A DNA stretch of 64,000 bases from Octopus bimaculoides (GCF_001194135.2 NC_068981.1:47335391-47399390); one strand, 5' to 3'. Positions 26,951 to 40,390 are shown, counted from the first letter of the stretch. The notes: generated from the sequence alone by a model not told the origin. Numbers and translations: made by a program.

Positions 26951-27435
26951 ACTGTCTAATGAGTGAAATATGTTAACTATATATATATATATATNNNNNN
27001 NNNNNNNNNNNNNNNNNNNNNNNNNNNNNNNNNNNNNNNNNNNNNNNNNNNNNNNNNNNNNNNNNNNNNNNNNNNNNNNNNNNNNNNNNNNNNNNNNNNN
27101 NNNNNNNNNNNNNNNNNNNNNNNNNNNNNNNNNNNNNNNNNNNNNNNNNNNNNNNNNNNNNNNNNNNNNNNNNNNNNNNNNNNNNNNNNNNNNNNNNNNN
27201 NNNNNNNNNNNNNNNNNNNNNNNNNNNNNNNNNNNNNNNNNNNNNNNNNNNNNNNNNNNNNNNNNNNNNNNNNNNNNNNNNNNNNNNNNNNNNNNNNNNN
27301 NNNNNNNNNNNNNNNNNNNNNNNNNNNNNNNNNNNNNNNNNNNNNNNNNNNNNNNNNNNNNNNNNNNNNNNNNNNNNNNNNNNNNNNNNNNNNNNNNNNN
27401 NNNNNNNNNNNNNNNNNNNNNNNNNNNNNNNNNNN

Positions 27436-27515
<80 letters not shown>

Positions 27516-27719
27516 AATAATTTAGAGAACCACCAAGATGCAACTCAAACGATGAAGGAGATCAGACACCATCAAGGAAATCGTACTCACAAAATACTAA
27601 TTTTTAAAAATTAAAAATATCCAAAACAAAAGTTATAATCCATAAAATCTATAGAATATTGGATTAAAAATTTAATTCAGATTAGTAAATTCTAAAAACG
27701 AAGGAGCAAAGTAAACTAC

Positions 27720-28402
27720 ACGCATTTCGTGGCCACATAAAAGTGGCGAAGATCCGGGCAATTTACAATAAATCGCTGAAGATAGATCCTCTCAGAATAA
27801 GGGCACTCGTCAGTTCTCGTAACTTCAAAAATCGTATCCTATTATTAGTGTCTGGTTCTCCGTCTCTATACATACTTCTCCATATTTTCACGTGTTTTAC
27901 ATATTTTAATTTTACATGGAAAGTTTAATTTTTGTGGTCAGAAATATACGACATTTTGTGACGTGATGCACATTGTAAACATTCTATGCTTCTTGGGTAA
28001 TACAACAGTCATCAAAGAATCTTCGATAAGATAAGTGATGTTATAATTGTTGTTAATAATGTTGAAACTCCGAGTTCATTTAATAGTTAATAACACTATC
28101 TTATATCTTTTCCTATTCTTAATCTACAGAAAGTTTTTCTTCATTTGATAACATATGCATTTAATTTGACAAATGAGTATTATTATAAAACCTTGGCACT
28201 TCATATATTGTTCTAATACTTGCTTGAACGTACAGATTTTTCTAATTTTTCCTATTTTATTTTATTGGATTTTTAAATATTAAGATACGTTTTTTGAAGT
28301 TACGAGACCTGAAAAGTATCCTAATTCTGAGTGGAACTTACCTTGAGCGATTTATTGTAAATTGCCCGAAATTTTCCACTTTTATGTGGCCACGAAACGA
28401 GC
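27720..28402. mobile_element. MITE-like element with ~120-bp inverted repeats
   Basis: 27720-27842 (TTTCGTGGCCACATAAAAGTGG..CTCGTAACTTCAAAAA) is the reverse complement of 28281-28402. No TSD identified. Confidence 0.7.
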
Positions 28403-28469
28403 GAATTCTATGTTTCAATTTCTCTCTCTATCTATTTATCTATCATCTATCTATCTATTTATCTATCAC

Positions 28470-29293
28470 AGAGATGCCCGTTTAATATTATTTGATGAAC
28501 ATAAAGATAAATCTGATACATTCTGGGAAAATTTTCTTTGGACAGACGAGTAGAAAATTGAATTGTTTGGAGGAAATTCGCGTAGCCATGTTTGGAGGAA
28601 ATTCGCGTAGCCATGTTTGGAGGAAATATGGTACCACCTATTCGCCGACAAACACAATTCCCCCTGTAAAGTTTGGAGGTGGAAACATCATTGTGTAGGG
28701 GTGTTTCTCTGCAAATGACACTGGCAATTTATATGTGATAGATGGTAGAATGAATGTATAGATGTACCAAAATATTTTGAACAATTATTTATGGGACTCT
28801 GTAGAAAAGCTCCAGCTTTGTGAATGGTGGGTTTTAGCTTTGTGAATGGTGGGTTTTATAACAGGATAACGCCTTTAAGCACACGGTGAAGTCTACCAAA
28901 AATAGATTGTCAATCACAATATAAAATGATTAGAATGGCCAAGCCAGTCACCTGACTTGTACCCCATTGAAAATGTGTGGCGTTATTTGATAACTAAAAC
29001 AATTAAAACTCATTCAAGAGCCCCAGTGTGCATTCCAGATTTGAAGAAAATTTGTCAAGAAACATAAGAAAACATTTACTCTGTACGAATACTTTTTTCA
29101 CCCCTAAATATTTATATTTGTATATAAATTCATTAGTTACTTTAATTTACTAGTTTCTTTTGCATCTTCTTAGTTTATTTATGTGTAATTTGCACATACA
29201 TTTTGCACAGTATTGTTATATCCGATTTAAGTTTATTAGAAATTAAATAAATAAAGAATTTTGACATTTACGAATATTTATTTCCCCCCACTG
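28470..29293 (+). mobile_element. Tc1-family transposon 3' remnant
   Basis: FWENFLWTDE, VKFGGGNIIV.GCFS, QDNAFKH and [16 protein letters not shown]. Right end AATATTTATTTCCCCCCACTG. Confidence 0.9.
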
Positions 29294-29464
29294 TGAAATA
29301 CAAAAAAAAAGGTTTCGACTTGCGAAACTTTTTCATGGGAGGTGTCTACATCATTTAGACAAAACCCAGAGAGGCACGCAACCAATCTGTACATATACTC
29401 AAATAAATCCTGCATCTACAGGGAACTGGAACTACTAATTTGCTTACTAAATGTGCTTGAGATG

Positions 29465-29527
<63 letters not shown>

Positions 29528-30088
29528 GTTTGTCTGTATCTACAAAATTGCCCTGAATTTCCCCTCTAATTCATTTTATTCTTAAAATATTTAAACAAAT
29601 GCTCACCCCCATATTTCATTTCTTCATACATGGATTTCTTATATTGTGCATTTTCAGCCTTTTCTTCTTGCTTCACCACTCAGTTTTCAAAAAATTACTT
29701 ATCCTGCGTGTTAACTCAGGATCTATTGACGATAATGTAGCCTTCATTTGTCTAAGGTGTATTCAGCCTGATGAGTAGCTAATAGAGTACTTCTGAAGTT
29801 TTGTTTAAGCAAGGAAACTTATGTAGCCCGGATTTTATTTACTCCATTCCCACAATTTGGATATATATATACATACGTGCGTTTGTTTGTGTGTGAGTAT
29901 GTATATACATATATACACACACACTCACATGAATACACACGCACACACACATATATGTACGTATGTATGTATATATAGTTTCTTAAGTGTCCTACTAAAA
30001 AATATTTAGTATAAATTGAAATAATTCTCATTGATATCTCTACTACCAACAATGACCGCAGGTAAGTTTAATTTTAAACAGCACTGAC

Positions 30089-30241
30089 CATTTCAATCAT
30101 CTTTTTCGCCAGCGGTTCTACTTGCTCTCGGTATTGATTGTGCAGGTAAAGGATGTTCTGCACGTCATCTTCAGTTGGAATTATTGGTTCATGAGAAACG
30201 TCGGTTAAACACATCGTAGCTTGCGGGTATTCAGTACAATT
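30089..30241 (-). CDS. CAP/CRISP-like protein, coding exon 2
   Basis: Acceptor TTTTGTATATTTCTAATTCAG|, 153 nt, phase 0-0, donor ATG|GTCAGT. Encodes NCTEYPQATMCLTDVSHEPIIPTEDDVQNILYLHNQYREQVEPLAKKMIEM, with the CAP HNxYR..V.P.A..M..M motif. Confidence 0.95.
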
Positions 30242-31906
30242 CTGAATTAGAAATATACAAAAAAAGGTTATTAAACAACAGAAATTCATAAAACAATATT
30301 CATTACCATGTATGTGTGCGTGGGTGTGTGAGCGCGTGCGTGGGTCTGTGTGTGTCTGTGTGTACGTGTGTGCATATGTGTGTATTAGTATATCTACGTA
30401 TCATGATCTATAGAGTATAAGACAATAAATTGTATTATAACCTTATGCAGAGTTATAATCCCATAAAACGAGTTTTCATTATTCGAATATACTAAATATA
30501 ACTACTGTCGTGTAAAATGCGTGCTGCTATCGCGTAAAATGTAAAATACATTATTGCAAATTGATAAGTAGTCTGACAGCAATGTAATATACACCCTAAG
30601 ATGTAATCGTAAACAGGCAACATTTTTTCGTTATGTTAACAACGTTTAACAATAACTTAATTATTTACATCGGAAATATTTGTTGCAGAGTTTCACTTTA
30701 ACCGTTTAGCACAGCCATCTGGTGTCTTGAAATCTAATCGTAAATTCTAAAATCGAATTGGTCTTTTAGACGTGAATGCATAAGAAGTGAGATTTAGCAT
30801 TCTCTTTCAAGAGACATGTCATTCGGCAGCTCGCTTTACTGCCAGTCCTAAATAGCATTGTTTATAGATATGTTGGTCTATGACGCACACGAATGTGTTG
30901 TTCTTGTAAACATACACTTATTGAAAGAAAAAAAATACTGTCCTCTAGTTTCAAGGTTTATAAATGTATCTAGTATGATGTAGTAACAGAAGTAGTGAAA
31001 TAAAAAAAATGTTTAGAATGTGTTTGTCAGAAAGTATGTGGACATTCCATGGTACCTGAATAGACCTCGGCACCAACTCTAGGAATAAAAGTTTGGAATG
31101 TTACCCAAATCACAGGGATCTACGGACAAAACCTTATGATGAGTGTGGCCAAAAGTGCAAATGTTTGTATAAAGTACTAGTAGTGTGTTATTTTGATTTG
31201 GAGAAAGGTAAATCAAGATATGGTCACTGTTTCTAGACAACAGTTTGGAAATGTAGGTGACTGGAATAAAGTGTATTTCTCAAGATGATTCCTGAAGGCT
31301 TTCCTTAATCAGCCATTAGCAGTGATGGGAAGAATCTTCAAAGCACAAAAAATTAGATTATAAAGAAACGAGACTGAAACCTGCGAATGTTTAATGTATG
31401 TATGTATGTATGTATGTATGTATTTTATGTACGCATATATATATATGAATAAATAAATATACNNNNNNNNNNNNNNNNNNNNNNNNNNNNNNNNNNNNNN
31501 NNNNNNNNNNNNNNNNNNNNNNNNNNNNNNNNNNNNNNNNNNNNNNNNNNNNNNNNNNNNNNNNNNNNNNNNNNNNNNNNNNNNNNNNNNNNNNNNNNNN
31601 NNNNNNNNNNNNNNNNNNNNNNNNNNNNNNNNNNNNNNNNNNNNNNNNNNNNNNNNNNNNNNNNNNNNNNNNNNNNNNNNNNNNNNNNNNNNNNNNNNNN
31701 NNNNNNNNNNNNNNNNNNNNNNNNNNNNNNNNNNNNNNNNNNNNNNNNNNNNNNNNNNNNNNNNNNNNNNNNNNNNNNNNNNNNNNNNNNNNNNNNNNNN
31801 NNNNNNNNNNNNNNNNNNNNNNNNNNNNNNNNNNNNNNNNNNNNNNNNNNNNNNNNNNNNNNNNNNNNNNNNNNNNNNNNNNNNNNNNNNNNNNNNNNNN
31901 NNNNNN

Positions 31907-31940
<34 letters not shown>

Positions 31941-32099
31941 TGTGTGTGTGATTATTTAGTTTTATTTCAAGATTTCTTGCCAATAGAGAAAAAGCCGGTT
32001 TCTAACATAAATTCAAAAAACATCACCTGGATTTTTGGATGTATTTATGTATGTATTCTCATGCGTATAGTTGTATAAGTATGTATGTATGTATGTATG

Positions 32100-32492
32100 A
32101 ATAGGCGCAAGAGTGGCTGTGTGGTAAATAGCTTGCGTACGAACCACATGATTCCGGGTTCATTTCCACTGCGTGGCTCCTTGGGCAAGTGTCATCTACT
32201 ATAGCCTCGGGCCGACCAAAGCCTTGTGAGTGGATTTGGTTGACGGAAACAGAAATAAGCCCCTCGTATATATGTATATTTATATGTATGTGTGTTCATA
32301 TGTTTATGTGTCTGTGTTTGTCCCCCCAACATCGCTTGTCAATCGATGGTGGTGTGTTTACATCCGCATAACTTAGCGGTTCGGCAAATAGAGACCGATC
32401 GCATAAGTACTATTCTTCCAAAGAATAAGTCCTGAGGTCGATTTGTTCGACTAAAGGCGGTGCTCCAGCATGGCCGCAGTCGAAAGACTGAA
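32100..32492 (+). mobile_element. SINE family B, near complete
   Basis: AGGCGCAAGAGTGGCTGTGTGGTAAATAGC..TTCCGGGTTCATTTCC head and GGCGGTGCTCCAGCATGGCCGCAGTC tail. Confidence 0.9.
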
Positions 32493-32502
32493 NNNNNNNN
32501 NN

Positions 32503-32541
<39 letters not shown>

Positions 32542-33225
32542 TTGTGTGGTGTGTGTATGTATATATATATATTAATGTCCTTTTTTTTATTTTAAAGTCA
32601 TATTAATAATTTTTCATTAATCAGATAGGCTATTTATACTTTTATAAGACATAGATTTATTGCTATACTACAAGAATATTGCTTGCTGGGAGTGACTTCA
32701 AATTTGTATATACGACATATTTCTAAATTTTAATTGTACCCAGTTTAGTATATTTAAAAACAATAATAAATAACAAATATCAAAATATTTCCATAATATG
32801 TGTCCAAGACGCACTTGTGAGCACTTTATTTTTCAGCAAAGTAGAAGGATTAAATAATTGCTAGGATTCAACTTTTTTCCATAAACTTGAGTATGCCAGA
32901 TGTTATATATGATATCAGTTCGTTAATATTCTTGTGAAATTTTGTGTATGGTTATGTATTTCATTTCGAACGTGGGTTCATTAGGTTTATATTTTACGGA
33001 ATGCTTAAATTTTAAATGAGTTCAATTAATTCGTATTCATTTATAATAGATATTTGGTTAGAAATCAGTTGAACAACTCTCAGAAACCGTCTAAAGGCAC
33101 AGTCAGCAAGGAATAATTGTAGCAAGCTTCATAAATAGATTATAGTCAAAGTTACTGATTTTCTAAATAGTTATGTCTCATATCTCAGATTACTATTCAT
33201 ATTCAAAATGCAAAAATCGTCTTAC

Positions 33226-33297
33226 CACTGGAAGTTGGCCGCCGTACGCAAAACAGAATATCTGAAAAAGGACGAAAAATTGCAGTAGCTGGAACAT
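33226..33297 (-). CDS. CAP/CRISP-like secreted protein, coding exon 1 (signal peptide)
   Basis: ATG at 33297. Encodes MFQLLQFFVLFQIFCFAYGGQLPV (hydrophobic core ending AYG), 72 nt, ending in phase 0 at a GTG|GTAAGA donor. The phase matches the next exon, and a TATA box lies about 60 bp upstream. Confidence 0.85.
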
Positions 33298-33350
33298 GAT
33301 TATTCGTGTATGTATGAAGATACAACCGTACGTAAATAACAAGATGCAGC

Positions 33351-33360
33351 CTTTATATAA
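33351..33360 (-). promoter_or_regulatory. Candidate TATA box of the CAP gene
   Basis: The minus strand reads TTATATAAAG, 62 bp upstream of the ATG. This is consistent with a TSS about 30 nt downstream and a short 5' UTR (inference). Confidence 0.6.
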
Positions 33361-33764
33361 AGAAATGACAGTCTAATCGATATCGGTAACATAGTTTTCA
33401 AGCAGATGTTCAGTAAATGCATATATCGATTTTAAATCATGATTTGGGGCTCAAACATATACATAATGGAAAAAATTTTCTTTTCTCATGCCTGACGTTT
33501 TAAAGTTACATGATACGAACAAAGTAACGTTGAACATATTGCGTATGTTAATTAAAATCCTTTCCATGTACAACCCACATTCATAGTTCAGTTTAAAATC
33601 GGTCACTTTTTTAATATTCAAACATGCTTCAAATTTGAATTAAAAAAGTATAGTAATTTTTAAATGAATATTTTAATATCTAATTTTCATTTAATAAATT
33701 ACAGAATCATTAGAGAAACACAAGATGTTGTTCCTAATAAAGGAAATTTAAAAAGCTAGTTGCC

Positions 33765-34621
33765 ATTCTGTCCATGGCGAATTTTCCTCTCGATAATTTG
33801 AGATGAAGAACAGAGAGACGAACTCAAAATGAAAGCGCATTGTCATTCTCTTGAAATTTTTGTAAACAATCTAAATACTAAAAAATATATATCTGTCAAT
33901 TTAACTCACTTTTGCACTCGACAAATATTTTTTACAGTGTATTTACAATTGTAAAACATTGGTAATTTTATACACTCACATACACATACATAAAAACACA
34001 CGCACACACATACACGCATGCATGCACACAAACACAACACACACAGGTGTGTGTCTGCGTGTGCGTGCGTGCGAGTTTGTATGTATATGTGTAGAATATG
34101 TAACAACAATTTCAAATATTTGGTAAATAGATCCAATCTATAATTTTAAAGCGGATACTCTCACGAAAATAAATGCAAAGATGAACAACAAAACAAGCAA
34201 TCTAGTATACGGCAAAAGCAGCCTCATCTAGAAATTATATTTCACTGGTGAGACTGAAACATCCCTTTGTCCAAAGAATACATGTACAAATGATTAGACT
34301 AGAGGATACAAATGACAGGGAAGACAGACTGCATTGTAAGCCGAAACGATCATCGCGCTAAAGATATTCGGTACTTAAAACTGAAATTGTATCACTATGA
34401 TATATGTTTAATGCTTCAATAGCTTTTCTCCCTCAAATATATTTATATATGCTTTAGTAACCACATTGTGTAAGTGATGTAAATCAAATGAAGCTGTATC
34501 TAGCAGGCAGTAATTAAAAAACAATATGTACGTGCACCAAATTATCGTGAATTAGCTTAAAAGCCGTATTACGTGCCTATTTTAAAGCTAAATTCCTCCG
34601 GAGAGATAACTGGGCCCGCGG
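33765..34621 (+). repeat. Local duplication, uninterrupted copy upstream of the CAP promoter
   Basis: Contiguous equivalent of 19643-20286 plus 23261-23537. Confidence 0.9.
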
Positions 34622-34743
34622 TCCAAAACTAAAGGGAGTGGTAATGAAGCATTTATTGGTAAGTTCACAAATATTTGTAGTTCTTTTAAAATGTTGATAG
34701 AAGGTGTAGATATATATATATATATACCTACATACACTCACAT

Positions 34744-34777
<34 letters not shown>

Positions 34778-36679
34778 TGTGCCTTTTTGTCTGTGTTTGT
34801 ATCTCACCATCGTTTGATAACTGGATAACTGGTGTCGATTCATTCGATTAAAATTCTTCAAGGCAATGCCCCAGAGCTATCTGATGACTATAAAATATAA
34901 GAAAACCACTAAATTCCCGAATAAGACTTGAAACTAAGGAACGTAACTCTTGTACTATGTTTTGAAATTTCTGACACTCAGTTTGATTCCTACGAATACC
35001 AAACATAAAAGCATTTAAATCCTATCCCAATGCTGGAGGTTCAAAAACTAAATCAATGACAGATTTTAAATCTCGAGATTATCCTGATTCAAAAAATATA
35101 TCAATGTAGTACAAAAGTAGACTGAGCTACTCTAATTTCTCTTTTATCAATATAGACTATGGGAATTTTGGTAAAACAAAATTTACTACAGCAATGTGAT
35201 AGGAGTAATTTGGTTATAATATAAAGTAGATTGTTTGTCCAACAACACTTTCAACCACAATAAAAAAGCCACATGCAATATTGTTCAGTTCATGCATCAC
35301 ATATCCCTGATTGTTTTATTTAATGTTACTAAAACTCATTTACCATTATTTTATAAACACATCTTGTACTATAAACAAAGAATATTATTTGATAGATGCT
35401 AGCTAAAAGTTCTTGGAAGTTGCAGCGTTTCGTCTAACGGAGATAGATCAAGAATTTGAGCTTACAATCCACCAGGTAGAAGCAATTGTCGAATACTTAT
35501 ATGCAGTAACTACATACGAAGTAGCATCAAATATTTCGCGTTCCTACTATACCCATAGGATATAAAATTTCAGGTAGTGTGGGTGTAAGATGCTGCAGGA
35601 GTTGGGGAAGTCTTGACTTAGTATAACAAAACACATTTAGTGGGACTCCGACCGATGCTCTTCTACAAACTTTTCCAAAGCTAACGTGCACAAAGTAGTG
35701 GAACTATTTCCAAGTGACACCAGTGTTCGATGATTTTGCAGAATATTTTTATACAGGTTTTTAATTGGAATTGTGCATGTCCGAGGCAGATAACTTGTCT
35801 AGATATAGTACACACAACACCATTGGGTGAGCGTTCTTGGCACAGACGTAGATGTTGAAAGAACTTAAACGATTGAATGCCATGGACACAGAATTGTGCT
35901 AGTCTATCTCGATACTTTGGGTGAAGGGGTACAGAAGAATATAGCCCACAGACAAATAAATATACAGTAGATTTCCCTCTTTCAATTGGCTGAATTATTT
36001 ATATACGTTGTATACAAATGTATGCTTGTAGTTTCAGATATTAGGAAGTTGGAATAGACGTTCCTTGTTAATACTGGAGATATGAATCTTCCACCTCCTT
36101 TCCGTATGTTTTAAATTTAGTTATTCTTTCTCCCTTCAACATATTGTTGAAGGTATATTGCATATCGTGCAGTGCAGTAGAAAGTGCAGACTATTGACAT
36201 GATATTCATAAGATTCATTGCATAGAATTGTCGTCTTTACTCCAGATTGAATAATAAGAAAGTTACACATGTCCATTGATGATTACCATTTATAGTTATC
36301 AAAAAGAATCATAATGCATGTGTGTCGCAGTGTTTCTTAAAATTGTTTTACTTTTAATTAAGCATCTAATCATTATCACCTTATCTTTTTCCTACTTGCA
36401 ACAGGCTTGTGGATGTTCAGCACGAGAATGAGCGACGGTATCATTAGGACTGTAAGAATTTGCATAAATTAAGATTTGCTAATTCTAGATATCAGGCGCT
36501 GTCCATTAGTAAGTTTATACTAAATCCAAGATGGTAATTTGACACGTCAACTATCAACATTCTCTTACAACTGCATTATATTGATAGACAGATACTTAAT
36601 GGTATAAATATCGTACAATGCAACTCCGTCTCAGTTTGTTGGAAATTGTATAAATCGACTATAACAAATTTAGGGTTTC

Positions 36680-36890
36680 AGGCAGTGGACTGGCAGAAAC
36701 GCTAGCACGCCGGGCGAAATACTTAGCAGTATTTCGTCTGTCTTTACGTTCTGAGTTCAAATTACGCCGAGGTCGACTATGCCTTTTATCCTTTCGAGGT
36801 CGATAAGTTAAATACCAGTTGCTTACTGGGGTCGATCTAATCGACTGGCTCCGCAAAAATGCCGTGCCTTCTGCCGAGAGTAGAAAAGAA
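36680..36890 (+). mobile_element. SINE family A
   Basis: GGCAGTGGACTGGCAGAAACGCTAGCACGCCGGGCGAAATACTTAGC..GAGTTCAAATTACGCCGAGGTCGAC with a B-box-like GAGTTCAAAT. Confidence 0.85.
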
Positions 36891-36929
36891 CAAATTTAGG
36901 GTCTGATGAGAATGCTTGAGCGCAAAATA

Positions 36930-37800
36930 TTTCGTTAACTGTCTAATAGCACAACTCTGCAAGATTTCCTATGTTTCAATGTCTACATATGCTTTTCAAA
37001 AATTATTTGACGCTGATTGCAAGTCTGCTATTAGTTTTTTTCTCAATCACTTCTAGTTTTTCTGTAATAAAGCCTTGCTTTTTCTGAATCATGGTATCAG
37101 AGAATCAAATGAGAGTGATGATCTGATTTATTTTGCTTGACAAGGTAGATTGCTATAAAACAATGCTGACCTTATATTAGTAGAGTTAAGGAAGCAGTCA
37201 ATATAAAGTTTATTAAACATTCGCTGGCAACTCTGACAGACGATGTGACCATGAAAAGATGTGTACCCGATTGCTAACTGATGCTTTAGGGTTGTTTTTT
37301 GTAGTTCCAGTGGTCAGTCGTTGGTGATATTTACGTATAAATTCTATTGAAAATGTGTGCATATAGACATAAATGCGTGAAAAATGTAGACATATTCTGC
37401 TACATTTGAGGCAGGTATGTTGTCATTCAGCAGAGACAAAGATAATTAATCTTGTAAAAAATCTATATTTTGCTTATTTTGGCGTTAAACACGGTGATTC
37501 AGACAAATCTTGGGCTCCACATAAAGTATGTCGTAATTCTGTGGAGGGGCTGACACTCTGGAATCCCGGTAAGATAAACAAAATTCCGTTTGGAGAATAC
37601 CAATTGCGTGACAGGAGCCGAGTAACCCTGTTGACGTTTGTTATTTCTGCATGACTAAAGTTAATGGGTGCAGTGCAAACATTTAAACATAAGATAATGC
37701 ATCATACTATTCCCTCAGGCATACGGCATTTTGCACGTGGGTTTGACATTCCAGATCATCCCCGCTCACTTGTTGTGGAGAATGTTATACTAGATTGTCT
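36930..37800 (+). mobile_element. DNA transposon 5' remnant, Chapaev3/CMC-like
   Basis: LYFAYFGVKHGDSDKSWAPHKVC..LTLWNPGK..IPFG matches the D.x.WAPH..C zinc-finger region of Chapaev3-type transposases. The superfamily call is from recollection. Confidence 0.6.
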
Positions 37801-37919
37801 TGAATAAGTAAAATGTGAAGAATAAGGTGATGAATACACTCCTGACGAAATCGAAAATCCGAAGAGTTCAAAGATTTGAGAAACATTCGAACCTACCAAA
37901 AGATGCATCAGTGGAGAAC

Positions 37920-38355
37920 TGAGACCTGTAGCTCGTGAGCGTAGTGGAAGCCCATCTGTCATCGATGACGGTCAATGAAAGACCGTCTTTCAGAAAGATC
38001 CACGTAGAACCACTAGCAAAACAACTTCAAGTTAGTCAGAAAACTGCTTGCAACAATTTGCCTGTGATTGGAAAATGAAAACAGTTCGACAAATGGGTAC
38101 TACACGATTTGAATGAAAATCAGAAAATGCGCAGATATGAAGTTTGCTCGTCGCTTATTCTCTGTAAACAGACCACCAATCCATTTCTCAACAGTAATGT
38201 AACATGCGATGAAAGTCGGGTTCTGTACAATAATAAAAAAAAAAACCTTCTTCGCAGTTGTTGGACCAAAATAAGGCACCGAAAACCTTCCCTAAAACCG
38301 AACTCTTCAACATGAAGGTTATGGTGTCTGTTTAATAGTCTACTGCTGGATTCTA
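37920..38355 (+). mobile_element. mariner transposase fragment
   Basis: RSGSPSVIDD, KWVLHDLNENQK (WVPHEL-like), VTCDESRVLYNN and KVMVSV. Confidence 0.85.
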
Positions 38356-38779
38356 TTTAATTTTCCTTTTAAAGGTGTATAATTTATATATACACACATT
38401 TTACCTATTTTGGTTATGATACCATTTTTGAAAATTTTCAATTTATTTTTTTAATACTACAATATTGTTTATAAACAATCACCAATAGTACCAACCAAAT
38501 AAACTGTCCTCTGTATTAAGAACTTAGTTACGTAGCGTCTTGCCGTTTTAACTGGAAATTAACATAATGATTTAAAGTCATCCCTAACATAACCTATTTT
38601 ATAGACAGTTACTTTATATCCATTGACTGCTCCCAATGTCTTCGTTTCCCTCCCCGAGGAAAAGGGATACATATGACAATATTTATGACCTTACCTAACC
38701 ATAAGCTGTCAACCCACTCAAACCGGTTTTATTAAAAGACGTAATGACAAAAGGAGTGTCGACAGGCAATTGTGCATAT

Positions 38780-39640
38780 CCACAAGACGGCTAAGGCCGG
38801 CAGTAGGAATAACACCTCGCTTTGGTAGAAAGAGTTGGTAGCGACTAAAAACAACTACGTCCTAGGAGGGTCTTTGGGGTTCGATGAGAACCAACTTGCC
38901 AACTTGTTTCAAAAATCGTTCAGGCCAGGATATTTGGATAATTACCAAACATCCCTAGCCTGGCAGTTTTATAGGAACGATTTACCTGTTCGTGAGAAGT
39001 CATCCAGTCACGGAATGTCAGTGCAAACGATGTGTCCAAGATGTGGGCCGGACAAGTATACCGTCCAGCACGGTTTTATACAATAACGGGAGCTGTCCAG
39101 CTTGATAATTTCCTTAGAACACGTGTTGTCGAAACTCGGGTAGTATGGCTTTCGGCTGAGTCCACAATAAAGATTGTACCGCCAACTGGACTCTCAAATG
39201 ATGGTGAGGCATGTCTTCTCTGTAGAGTTGCAGTGTTGAAAGAGTGTGTACAGAGGACTAAAATGCAATGATTTGTGACGGGATCCTCCATCTCCAGCCC
39301 TGATTTGCTACTTTACTTCAGATACCATCTGAAACGCAAGACAGGGCTGGAGTGGAGAATCCTGTCGTGAAGTATGTTCGAGAAAAGATGGAAGGCTGTG
39401 ATGAGAAAGGTGGGGGCTAGTAACCCGCCTTAATCAGTATTGGAAAAGAAAGGATAGCAGCTGGGCTTTTCAGGCTGCCGAGTGTATCCTCTCCTTGAAA
39501 TAAAAATAGTCAACATATTGTATATTTATCATCAATTTTTAAAATGTGAGGCTCATTGGAACTCATAATAACATGTTTTCTCTTTTTTTTTGTATTGTAC
39601 TGTTATGTCCCTTCTTTATTCAATACACTTTATCGTCATA
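38780..39640 (+). mobile_element. Tx1/L1-type LINE 3' fragment
   Basis: LDNYQTSLAWQFYRNDLPVR..CPRCG..QH (zf-RVT) and YFRYHLKRK..FEKRW. Homologous to 48440-48900. Confidence 0.8.
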
Positions 39641-39889
39641 AAAATATACATCTCTAGCAGAAGAGGCGTCCAGTACGGAGGACTGGCAGAAATATCCCAA
39701 AACCATGACTGGTTGATTGTTCCCGTCGCTAGGAGTTGGTAGGTGAGCAAACACCTATTTGGTATTTTATGGGATGCAGCTGTGCCGCGTTAATCGACTA
39801 GAGGAGATGTCTTCTTGGGGGTTGAAAAAAATCTCTGTAGAGTCCGCTCAAACGGATAGCTATGTTAAATTAGCTACGGATATTACTTA

Positions 39890-40390
39890 CTAGCAGTATA
39901 GCCCGACTTTGCCCGGGGTTAAGTTAAAATTATTAAGCTAATCAAGCTCTTTATTTCAAACCAAAATAAGTAACATCGACGTAAAATTTGGGCCAAATCC
40001 GTTGAAATTGGTAAATATTTGGCTTAAAATGTGTTGCGGATAACTTGATTGGATAATCCCATAAGGAATCGGTTTATTGATTTTTTTCCACTCATCGATA
40101 TTTTTTTTTCGTTTTTGGAGAACTTAAAGCATTCAAAGATTCCATTAGTCTTCAGTAATGCTGGCATGAAGTTTCAAAAAATGCATCAAAACTGGTAAAA
40201 GTTATGGTTGAAAATGGGGCGTAGCCAATTTTATTGGGAAATCCTATAAGAAATCAGTTTATCGATGTGTTTAACCTGATTAAATGGAAAATCCGGTAAG
40301 GAATCAGTTTATAAATTGTTCATCCCAAATAGAACTTAACCGAAAACAATATTCCTGATTCAAAAACATCTATATTTATACTTTAAAGTT
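39890..40390 (-). mobile_element. Non-autonomous Helitron 3' end
   Basis: The minus strand ends in CCCCGGGCAAAGTCGGG (hairpin) + CTATACTG + CTAG|T. No 5' TC terminus found. Confidence 0.55.

Noticed and set aside
26963-27614. Long ORFs made of X runs (also 2731-3522, 11182-12029, 22441-22950, 31309-31983, 41031-42026, 55571-55922)
   Set aside because: Artefacts of N gaps and flanking dinucleotide repeats.
28564-28627. Short direct repeats suggestive of CRISPR
   Set aside because: No spacers, eukaryotic context, and they lie inside Tc1 coding sequence.
29767-29800. Isolated CTGATGA (also 5553, 34882, 36903)
   Set aside because: No helix II followed by GAAA; expected by chance in 64 kb.
30242-30289. 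ORF-track start MNFCCLITFFCIFLIQ looks like a signal peptide for the CAP ORF
   Set aside because: It is the translated polypyrimidine tract and acceptor of intron 1. A better signal-peptide exon with donor, matching phase and TATA box lies at 33226-33297. A minor alternative start is not formally excluded.
35350-35990. Minus-strand stretch with weak RT-like fragments (CGLYSSVPL) and a YFVCSY string resembling a CAP motif
   Set aside because: Multiple stops, no splice-consistent exon and no other CAP motifs. Too degraded to call without a translated search.
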